NCBI RefSeq assembly: GCF_008727795.1
Contig: NZ_CP044222.1
Span: 1,762,518-1,786,517, forward strand
Source of the DNA: Nitrincola iocasae
Lineage (GTDB): Bacteria; Pseudomonadota; Gammaproteobacteria; Pseudomonadales; Balneatricaceae
Length of the DNA stretch: 24,000 nucleotides
Reading direction: 5' to 3'
Shown piece by piece: positions 16,843 through 24,000 of this stretch; positions within the stretch are counted from its first letter, which is position 1; each line of letters opens with the position of its first letter. A model generated the notes under the pieces. The model had not been told where the DNA came from and did no database searches. It was given only the letters and a program-made list of their open reading frames with translations. The translations under genes and the position numbers were made by a program.

Positions 16843-19800
16843 GTGACAGCATTAATCGTCTGGATCCCTTAACCTTTCCATTGCAGGGCAAGGCTTTGAT
16901 CGAAGCCAGCGCAGGGACCGGCAAGACCTTTACCCTGGCACTGCTGTATCTGCGACTGGTAATTCAGCATGGCGGCGATCAGGCGTTTATACGACCACTG
17001 CTGCCACCGGAAATACTGGTGGTGACCTTTACCAATGCGGCGACAGCGGAGCTGCGTGAGCGTATTCGTGCAAGGCTGGTGGAAGCGGCGGGGGTATTTC
17101 AGGGAGCGACCACCAGCGATGCCCTGCTGCTGGCGTTGCTGCAACAACTGCAAGATGATCAACACCCGCGGGCAGCACGCCAATTAACGCTGGCGGCGCA
17201 GTGGATGGATGAGTCAGCCATCTCCACCATCCATGCATGGTGTTATCGCATGCTGAAAGAGCATGCCTTCGATAGCGGCAGTGCCTTTGATCAGCAACTG
17301 GAAACCAGCGAGCAAGCCTGGCAACAGCAGGCCAGTGAAGATTACTGGCGTTGTGCCTACAGTCAGTTGCCAGTGGAGCAGTTGGCCCTGGTGGTCGATT
17401 GTTGGGCATCACCCGATGCCCTGTTGAAACAGGTGAAGCCCTGTCTGGATAAGCTGGCGTATCTGGCCAATCCATCGGGGTCAGCCTTGCAGTTGATTCA
17501 GCGTTATCGGCAACAGCGCACGGCGCAACTGGATGCATTGAAGGCCGAGTGGCGGGCGCAGGATTATATCGGCCAGTTACAGCAATTGTTCGATCAGGCA
17601 GCTAAGCAGAAAGCCTTTCAGGCGAAAAAACTCAACAGTGGTCACCGTTCTGGCGTGTTGAACAAACTGAGCGACTGGCTGGCGCAGGCCTCACTGGAAG
17701 ATCCGGGTATTTTCGGGGGTAAAAGCTGGCGCGTTATGTCATCCGAGGGGATCAGTGACATCTGGGTAGATGCGCAACAGGCCCCGGTTGATCACCCAGC
17801 CTGCCTGGCCTTGTCCCAGTTAAAGCAGGTGCTGGCCGATTTGCCGGATCTTCAGCCTGAGCTGCTATGTCATGCGGCGCACTGGATTGCTGCACGGATC
17901 GAGAAGGTTAAGCAACAGGCCAACAGTCTGAGCCAGAACGATCTGCTATTGCGTCTCGACAAGGCACTGGCTTCCACCCAGGGAGAGGCGCTGGCCGCGG
18001 CGATTCGCAGACAATTTCCAGTGGCCCTGGTCGATGAGTTTCAGGATACCGACCCGGTGCAGTACCGTATTTTCCGTCGAATTTATCAGCAAAGCCCTGA
18101 TAACATGCCGGTCGGCTTCTTTATGATCGGTGATCCCAAGCAGGCGATCTATGCCTTTCGAGGCGCAGATATTCATACCTATCTGCAAGCACGTCAGGAC
18201 AGTGAAGGGCAGCATTACACCCTCGATACCAACTACCGCTCCTCGTCTGCGTTGATCGATTCGGTCAATGAGGTGTTCAGTCTGGCCGATCAACGTGCCC
18301 AAGGCGCTTTCCTGTTCAAAACCGGGGAGCGTAATCCGGTACCCTTTTTGCCGGTGAAGGCCGGAAAGGCCGACTTGCCGGGAATGATGCTGGACGGGGA
18401 GCAAGCCCCTGCACTGCAAGGCTGGCTGGTTGAGCAAACAGATGACAAGCTCAATAAGGGTGATGCACGTGAGCGACTGGCACAACTGACTGCCGCCAAG
18501 ATTACCGAGTTACTGATACAGGGGCAGCAGGGAAACGCCACGCTGCCCCTGGCAGAACAGGGTGGCTGGCGCGCGGTGCAACCAGCGGATTGCGCGGTGT
18601 TGGTGAATAATCTCGGTGAAGCCACGCGTATCCGGCAGGCGTTGCAGCAACTGGGGGTCGCCAGTGTCTATCTTTCGGACCGATCCAGTGTGTTTCAGAC
18701 CTGGATTGCCAGCGAACTGTTACAACTGCTGCGTGCGGTGTCTGACCCCTTGAATGAGAAGCGCATTCGTACCGCGCTGGCCAGTCCGTTGTTACGCCCT
18801 GATATTGCCTCATTGGAGCGACTGAATCAGGATGAGTTGTACTGGGAAAGTCACTCAGGTCAATTTATAACCTACCACCAGATCTGGCAGCGTCAGGGTA
18901 TTCTGCCGTTGATCTATCGCCTGATAAAGGATTTCAATATTGCCCAGAGTGCCGGTCAGCGGCCGCAGGGTGAGCGCGAGTTAACCGATCTGCTGCACCT
19001 GGGTGAACTGTTGCACCAGGCGGCCGATACGCTGGATGGTGAGCAGGCATTGATACGTTATCTGGAAGAGTCGATTCAGGAACCGGATGAACAGAGTGAA
19101 GCGCAGCAGTTGCGTCTGGAAACGGATGAGCAACTGGTGCGGGTAGTCACCATCCACAAATCCAAAGGTCTGGAATATCCCTTGGTGTTTTTGCCCTTTA
19201 TCAGCGATAGCCGACAAGCCAAAGCACAGGATACCCTGCTGGTCACCCATAACGCCGATCAGCAGGTTGAAGTGCATCTGCGTGCTAATTCTGAAAACCT
19301 GGCGCAGGCTGATACTGAGCGTCTGGCAGAGGATTTACGCAAGCTCTATGTAGGCTTGACGCGGGCACGTTTTGTCAACTGGATAGGCCTGGCTGAAACC
19401 GATAGCTTTGCCGCATCTGCGCTGGCCTATGTGCTGGACGCCAACTCAGGCAATCTGGCTGAACCGTTAAAACAACTGAAACATCTTAGTCTGCAGGTCC
19501 TGTCAGAAGAGTCGACAGAACAGCCGCCGGAGGTCTGGCAACCGGACAGCCCTGAAGTGGAACTAAGCGCCAGAGCAGCACCGCGACTCAGCCATGAGCC
19601 CTGGTGGATTGCCAGTTATTCTGCATTGAAACATGGCACCACGCAGGTCAGTGAAACCGCCTGGCAGGAAACGCTGCTGGAAACCCAGGATGCAGAGACC
19701 GACGCGACAGACCGGCTCGATCCCTTGGCAGCACTGGATCTGCACGGCTTACCTAAAGGCAGTCAGATAGGTACGTTCTTGCACAGTCTGCTGGAGTGGG

Positions 19801-20543
19801 CTGCGGCGCTGACTTGGGTCGACAGTCAGGGCGTACGCCAGCAAGGGTTTGCGGGCGTGTTGGAGCCGACATTACAGGCAAGCTGTTTGGACTATCTGAC
19901 CCAGCGCTGTCAGCAGCGCCAACTGCAATCCTGGAGCGAGCCGCTGCTGCAGTGGTTACAGCAGTTCATCCGTCAGGACTGGCAGTTTCCACAGCAGTCG
20001 GAGCCGGGAGCGGCGCCATTCAACCTGGCTGCTCTGTCGCCCCAGCAGTTCAGTGTCGAGCTGGAGTTCTGGTTTGCCAGCCATCAGGTAAGTACCTTGA
20101 AACTGGATCAATGGGTGCAGCAGCGCACGCTGGCAGGGCAGGCGCGACCGCCACTGGCCGCCAATCGTTTAAATGGCATGCTCAAAGGTTTTATTGATCT
20201 GGTGGTTGAACACCAGGGGCGTTACTATGTAATAGACTGGAAATCCAATTGGTTAGGCGTGAATGATCAAGCTTATTCTGAAGATGTAATGCGTCAGACT
20301 CTACTGGCAAAACGCTATGATCTGCAATACCTCCTGTACCTGCTAGCACTGCATCGGCAGTTGCGCTTGCGCTTGCCGGATTATGATTATGACCGGCATA
20401 TCGGGGGGGCTGCCTATGTGTTTTTGCGCGGCTATCGTGCCGCCTCTCAGGGGGTGTTCTTTGACAAGCCGGATCGTCAGGTGATTGAGGGGCTGGATCG
20501 GTTGTTTGCCGGTCAGACATTGACGGATGAGGTGCTGGCATGA
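16839..20543 (+). CDS. recB: Exodeoxyribonuclease V subunit beta (RecB)
   Basis: 1234-aa ORF. Walker A ASAGTGKTF, DEFQDTDPVQYRIF, HKSKGLEYPLVFLPF and C-terminal nuclease motif YYVIDWKSNWLG. ATGA overlap with recC. Confidence 0.96.
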   Translation: MSDSINRLDPLTFPLQGKALIEASAGTGKTFTLALLYLRLVIQHGGDQAFIRPLLPPEILVVTFTNAATAELRERIRARLVEAAGVFQGATTSDALLLALLQQLQDDQHPRAARQLTLAAQWMDESAISTIHAWCYRMLKEHAFDSGSAFDQQLETSEQAWQQQASEDYWRCAYSQLPVEQLALVVDCWASPDALLKQVKPCLDKLAYLANPSGSALQLIQRYRQQRTAQLDALKAEWRAQDYIGQLQQLFDQAAKQKAFQAKKLNSGHRSGVLNKLSDWLAQASLEDPGIFGGKSWRVMSSEGISDIWVDAQQAPVDHPACLALSQLKQVLADLPDLQPELLCHAAHWIAARIEKVKQQANSLSQNDLLLRLDKALASTQGEALAAAIRRQFPVALVDEFQDTDPVQYRIFRRIYQQSPDNMPVGFFMIGDPKQAIYAFRGADIHTYLQARQDSEGQHYTLDTNYRSSSALIDSVNEVFSLADQRAQGAFLFKTGERNPVPFLPVKAGKADLPGMMLDGEQAPALQGWLVEQTDDKLNKGDARERLAQLTAAKITELLIQGQQGNATLPLAEQGGWRAVQPADCAVLVNNLGEATRIRQALQQLGVASVYLSDRSSVFQTWIASELLQLLRAVSDPLNEKRIRTALASPLLRPDIASLERLNQDELYWESHSGQFITYHQIWQRQGILPLIYRLIKDFNIAQSAGQRPQGERELTDLLHLGELLHQAADTLDGEQALIRYLEESIQEPDEQSEAQQLRLETDEQLVRVVTIHKSKGLEYPLVFLPFISDSRQAKAQDTLLVTHNADQQVEVHLRANSENLAQADTERLAEDLRKLYVGLTRARFVNWIGLAETDSFAASALAYVLDANSGNLAEPLKQLKHLSLQVLSEESTEQPPEVWQPDSPEVELSARAAPRLSHEPWWIASYSALKHGTTQVSETAWQETLLETQDAETDATDRLDPLAALDLHGLPKGSQIGTFLHSLLEWAAALTWVDSQGVRQQGFAGVLEPTLQASCLDYLTQRCQQRQLQSWSEPLLQWLQQFIRQDWQFPQQSEPGAAPFNLAALSPQQFSVELEFWFASHQVSTLKLDQWVQQRTLAGQARPPLAANRLNGMLKGFIDLVVEHQGRYYVIDWKSNWLGVNDQAYSEDVMRQTLLAKRYDLQYLLYLLALHRQLRLRLPDYDYDRHIGGAAYVFLRGYRAASQGVFFDKPDRQVIEGLDRLFAGQTLTDEVLA

Positions 20544-22567
20544 AAGCGGATAGCGAAGCGTCATTGAACTGGCTGAATCTGTTACATCAGCAAGGAAAGC
20601 TCCGTGCACTGGATCTGGCATTGAGTCGTTATATAGCCGAGGCCGCGCCTGAGTCAGATCCCTGTGTGTTGCTGGCGATTGCCCTGACCAGCGAGCGCAA
20701 CGGTCATGGTGATGTATGTCTGGATCTGATCGGTGCCCTGACCCATCTGGAGTTAGCCGCTGGACCCGATGCGCCGGCATTGGCCAGTATCCTGCAGATG
20801 CTTCAGTCGGTGAGTCCGGAGAGTTGGTGGGCGCGTTTGAGTCAGTCTGCGGCAATTCAGCGGCTTGCATCGGATGGACAGAGTGACCAGCCGGAAAAAG
20901 CCACGGCGCCCCTGGTGTTATCCGGATCATCGGAGCGCCCGATACTCTACCTGCGCCGTTACTGGAACTATGAACAACAGGTTCGCACTGCGCTGATGCA
21001 GCGCATCGATCACTGTTATGACTTACCGGAAGCGCCGATGGCGGCCTTGTTGAACAGCTTGTTTCCACCATCGGCTGAAACAGCGCAGCCGGATTGGCAG
21101 AAAATTGCCTGTGCCTTGTCAGCACGGCGTGGCTTTGCCGTGATTACCGGTGGTCCCGGAACCGGGAAAACCACTACGGTGGTCAGGCTACTGGCGCTGT
21201 TGCAGGCCCTGGCGCTTCAGCAGGCGCAACCCGTATTGCGCATAGCCCTGGCTGCACCGACGGGTAAGGCCGCGGCACGCCTGAATGCGTCGATAGCGGC
21301 TCAGGTAGCTAATTTGCCCTTGGCTGCTTTGAGTAAAACACCCGAGCAGCTGGAAGCCGCGATTCCGACTGAAGTGACCACACTGCACCGGCTGTTAGGG
21401 CCGATACCGGACAGCCGTCGCTTTCGTCATCACCGCAGCCAGCAGTTGCCGGTCGATCTGGTGGTGGTTGATGAAGCCTCCATGGTTGATCTGGAGATGC
21501 TGGCCGCGCTGGTCGATGCCCTCAAACCCGGCGCACGTTTGATTCTGCTGGGAGACAAGGACCAGTTGGCCTCGGTTGAAGCCGGTGCCATCCTCGGTGA
21601 TTTGTGTCAGCAGGCATCACTGGGCCGCTATCAGGATGAAACCGCGCAATGGTTGGCAGGCGTCACCGGGTATTCACTCGATGCGCGCTATCTTAGTGAG
21701 ACCGGGCGACCACTGGATCAGGTGATTACCATGTTGCGCCAGAGCCATCGCTTCAGTGAACAGGGCGGCATAGGCGCCCTGGCACGTCTGGTCAATGATG
21801 GACAGCTCTATGACCAGCCAGTTGAAGATCGTCTGCAGGCGTTGGATCAACTCTTTACCGAACAGCAGGATCAGATAGATAGACTCAGCGTCAGTCATGC
21901 CTCAGATGCATCCCTGGCTCAGTTGATTATTAAGGGCTATCAAACCTATCTGCAACAGCTTCAACAAAGTCGACCGGCTTTGGCGGCCGGGCTGGCAGCC
22001 CATGACCTTTGGGCTGCTCAGGTACTTGAAACTCATACTGGCTTTCAGTTGTTGTGCGCGGTGCGCGAAGGCCCCTGGGGTGTTGAGCAGTTGAATCAAT
22101 GGATCACTCGCACGCTGGCCGGGGCCGGATTACTGGAAGGCAGTGATGCACTCTGGTACGAAGGGCGACCGGTGCTGATTACCCGCAACGATTACAGCTT
22201 GCGTCTGATGAACGGGGATATCGGCATTGCCTTAATGCGCCCTGTAGAAAATTCCGACGGTTCGATCACCTCCGCATTGCGGGTGGTTTTCCCCGCCGTC
22301 GATGGGAGCGTACGCTGGGTCATGCCAAGTCGTTTACAGGCGTTGGAAAGCGTGTTTGCCATGACCGTACACAAATCCCAGGGCTCCGAATTCAGCCACA
22401 CCGCGCTGGTGTTACCGGACCAGCCCAACCCCGTACTCACCCAGGAGCTGATCTACACCGGCATCACTCGCTCTCGCGAACGCTTCACCCTGATCCACAG
22501 CCGCGATAGCGTACTCCGGCACGCCCTGGAAAAACGCGTAACCCGCCTCAGCGGCCTCCACCTCTAA
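20540..22567 (+). CDS. recD: Exodeoxyribonuclease V subunit alpha (RecD)
   Basis: 675-aa ORF. VITGGPGTGKTTTVVRLLALL, VDEASMVDLEML, ILLGDKDQLASVEAG and FAMTVHKSQGSEFSH. ATGA overlap with recB. Confidence 0.95.
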   Translation: MKADSEASLNWLNLLHQQGKLRALDLALSRYIAEAAPESDPCVLLAIALTSERNGHGDVCLDLIGALTHLELAAGPDAPALASILQMLQSVSPESWWARLSQSAAIQRLASDGQSDQPEKATAPLVLSGSSERPILYLRRYWNYEQQVRTALMQRIDHCYDLPEAPMAALLNSLFPPSAETAQPDWQKIACALSARRGFAVITGGPGTGKTTTVVRLLALLQALALQQAQPVLRIALAAPTGKAAARLNASIAAQVANLPLAALSKTPEQLEAAIPTEVTTLHRLLGPIPDSRRFRHHRSQQLPVDLVVVDEASMVDLEMLAALVDALKPGARLILLGDKDQLASVEAGAILGDLCQQASLGRYQDETAQWLAGVTGYSLDARYLSETGRPLDQVITMLRQSHRFSEQGGIGALARLVNDGQLYDQPVEDRLQALDQLFTEQQDQIDRLSVSHASDASLAQLIIKGYQTYLQQLQQSRPALAAGLAAHDLWAAQVLETHTGFQLLCAVREGPWGVEQLNQWITRTLAGAGLLEGSDALWYEGRPVLITRNDYSLRLMNGDIGIALMRPVENSDGSITSALRVVFPAVDGSVRWVMPSRLQALESVFAMTVHKSQGSEFSHTALVLPDQPNPVLTQELIYTGITRSRERFTLIHSRDSVLRHALEKRVTRLSGLHL

Positions 22568-22579
22568 GAAGAAAGGCGC

Positions 22580-22598
22580 GGCCTCCTTTCAGGAGGCC
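22580..22598. terminator. Stem-loop between the convergent recD and mfd genes
   Basis: GGCCTCCT-TTC-AGGAGGCC, 8-bp perfect stem with 3-nt loop, overlapping the mfd stop codon. There is no clean U-tract on the + strand; the minus strand has only a T-rich GCGCCTTTCTTCTT tail. Confidence 0.45.
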
Positions 22599-24000
22599 AG
22601 GGCTGTCAGGAGGGCTTCGACTTGTTTGAAGCGCTCTTCGATGCTTTCCATGGGCAGGGTGAAGCGGAGTCCGGAGGGGCCGTCCAGTTTGAAGATGCGC
22701 GGTTGGCGCTGGATCATCTGGATGAGTTTGATCGGTTCAACTTTGGGTTCAGCGTCAAATTCGATTTTCCCGCCTTTATTGCCGACATCCAGTTTCTGTA
22801 TTCCCAGCACTTCGGCTTGCAGTTTCAGCTCTGTAAGACGTAGCAGGTTTTTAGTGGCTTCGGGTAGCAGGCCGAAGCGGTCGATCATTTCCACCTGGAT
22901 CTCGCGCAAGGCATTGGCATCGCGTGCATTAGAGATGCGTTTGTACAGCATCAAGCGATTATGTACGTCCGGCAGGTAATCATCCGGAATCAGTGCAGAC
23001 AGGTGCAGATTGACTTCACAGCCGTGGTTCAGCGGTTTGTCCAGATTCGGTGTTTTGCCGTCACGGATGGCTTCAACGGCTTGCTCGAGCATTTCCATAT
23101 ACAGGCCAAAGCCTATCGTCTGCATCTGACCGCTTTGATCTTCACCCAGCAATTCACCAGCACCACGGATTTCCAGATCATGCGTGGCGAGGGTAAAGCC
23201 TGCGCCCAGTGTAGAGGCTTCGGAAATGGCTTCGAGACGCTTCTGCGCATCATCGGTCATATTGCGCTTGTCAGGCGTTAACAGATAAGCGTAGGCCTGA
23301 TGGTGGGAGCGACCGACACGGCCACGCAACTGATGCAACTGCGCCAGGCCGAATTTATCTGCACGCTCAATGATAATGGTATTGGCGTTGGGAATGTCGA
23401 TACCGGTTTCGATGATGGTGGTACACACCAGAACATTAAAGCGCTTGTGGTAAAAGTCGCTCATCACCTGTTCCAGTTCGCGCTCACGCATCTGTCCATG
23501 ACCCGCTGCGACACGGGCTTCTGGCACCAGGGCGTCAATTTCAGTAACCACTTTGTCGATGGTTTTGACTTCGTTGTGCAGGAAGTAGACCTGTCCACCG
23601 CGTAACAGCTCACGCAGTATGGCTTCTTTAAGCAGCGCAGGATCTGATTGGCGGACAAAGGTTTTCACCGATAGACGGCGAGCCGGCGGGGTGGCGATGA
23701 TGGAAAGGTCGCGCATGCCGGACATGGCCATATTCAGGGTACGTGGAATCGGTGTGGCCGTCATGGTCAGAATATCGACTTCTGCGCGCAATGCTTTGAT
23801 CTTTTCCTTCTGCTGAACACCGAAACGGTGCTCTTCATCGATAATCAGCAGGCCCAGGTTTTTGTAAGTCAGACTACCTTGCAGCAGCTTGTGTGTACCA
23901 ATCAGAATATCCACCTGACCGTCACTCAGTTGTTGGGCAATGACTTGCTGCTGTTTGGCGCTGCGAAAACGCGAGATGAGCTCTACATTGATTGGCCAGT
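22589..24000 (-). CDS. mfd: Transcription-repair coupling factor Mfd, C-terminal part (5' end beyond window)
   Basis: DILIGTHKLLQ, LLIIDEEHRFGVQQKEKIK, TATPIPRTLNMAMSGMRDLSII and RGRVGRSHHQAYAYLL. The frame stays open beyond the tracked Met to the window edge (WPINVELISRFRSAKQQQ). Confidence 0.96.
   Translation of the reverse strand, partial: WPINVELISRFRSAKQQQVIAQQLSDGQVDILIGTHKLLQGSLTYKNLGLLIIDEEHRFGVQQKEKIKALRAEVDILTMTATPIPRTLNMAMSGMRDLSIIATPPARRLSVKTFVRQSDPALLKEAILRELLRGGQVYFLHNEVKTIDKVVTEIDALVPEARVAAGHGQMRERELEQVMSDFYHKRFNVLVCTTIIETGIDIPNANTIIIERADKFGLAQLHQLRGRVGRSHHQAYAYLLTPDKRNMTDDAQKRLEAISEASTLGAGFTLATHDLEIRGAGELLGEDQSGQMQTIGFGLYMEMLEQAVEAIRDGKTPNLDKPLNHGCEVNLHLSALIPDDYLPDVHNRLMLYKRISNARDANALREIQVEMIDRFGLLPEATKNLLRLTELKLQAEVLGIQKLDVGNKGGKIEFDAEPKVEPIKLIQMIQRQPRIFKLDGPSGLRFTLPMESIEERFKQVEALLTALAS

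Noticed and set aside
17946-18485. 179-aa minus-strand ORF inside recB (with 18290-18625 and 17029-17538)
   Set aside because: Antisense shadow ORFs of recB without independent start signals or recognisable families.
20343-21125. 260-aa minus-strand ORF across the recB/recD junction
   Set aside because: Fully antisense to two well-supported genes, low-complexity Pro/Ser/Arg-rich translation, no recognisable domain; typical shadow ORF.
13357-22567. recCBD considered as a possible novel or phage-defence variant
   Set aside because: All three subunits show canonical motifs and the common recC-recB-recD order; housekeeping recombination genes apart from the adjacent insertion.

Overview
Gammaproteobacterial-looking chromosomal window, almost fully coding. 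From left to right it contains:
- A DUF3524/GTDC1 (tRNA-queuosine mannosyltransferase)-like glycosyltransferase (-) whose 3' end runs into a tandem 20-bp repeat.
- A secreted DUF4399-type protein (-).
- A C-factor-like SDR (+).
- A possible operon (+): zinc-independent MDR dehydrogenase, proline-racemase-superfamily protein, PuuA-like glutamine synthetase, PuuB-like FAD oxidoreductase and a GT4-type glycosyltransferase.
- Acylphosphatase (+).
- Alternative oxidase (-) and a periplasmic-sensor PAS-GGDEF-EAL protein (-).
- A compact REP-associated tyrosine transposase (RAYT) element with perfect 20-bp inverted ends.
- recC-recB-recD (+).
- The 3' part of mfd (-), cut by the window edge.
The strongest sequence-level structure beyond the genes is the motif TCAAGCTGGCTGACCCCTTGA. 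It forms both ends of the RAYT element at 12.5-13.3 kb, abutting recC, and occurs as a head-to-tail pair at the far left, where it is read as the C-terminus of the glycosyltransferase. I did not find a convincing new defence system. The best leads are the repeat/RAYT family, the bacterial GTDC1-like gene, and the dehydrogenase/racemase-like/PuuA/PuuB pathway, whose racemase-like protein lacks the canonical Cys pair. Family assignments rest on motifs recognised by eye; no database search was run.
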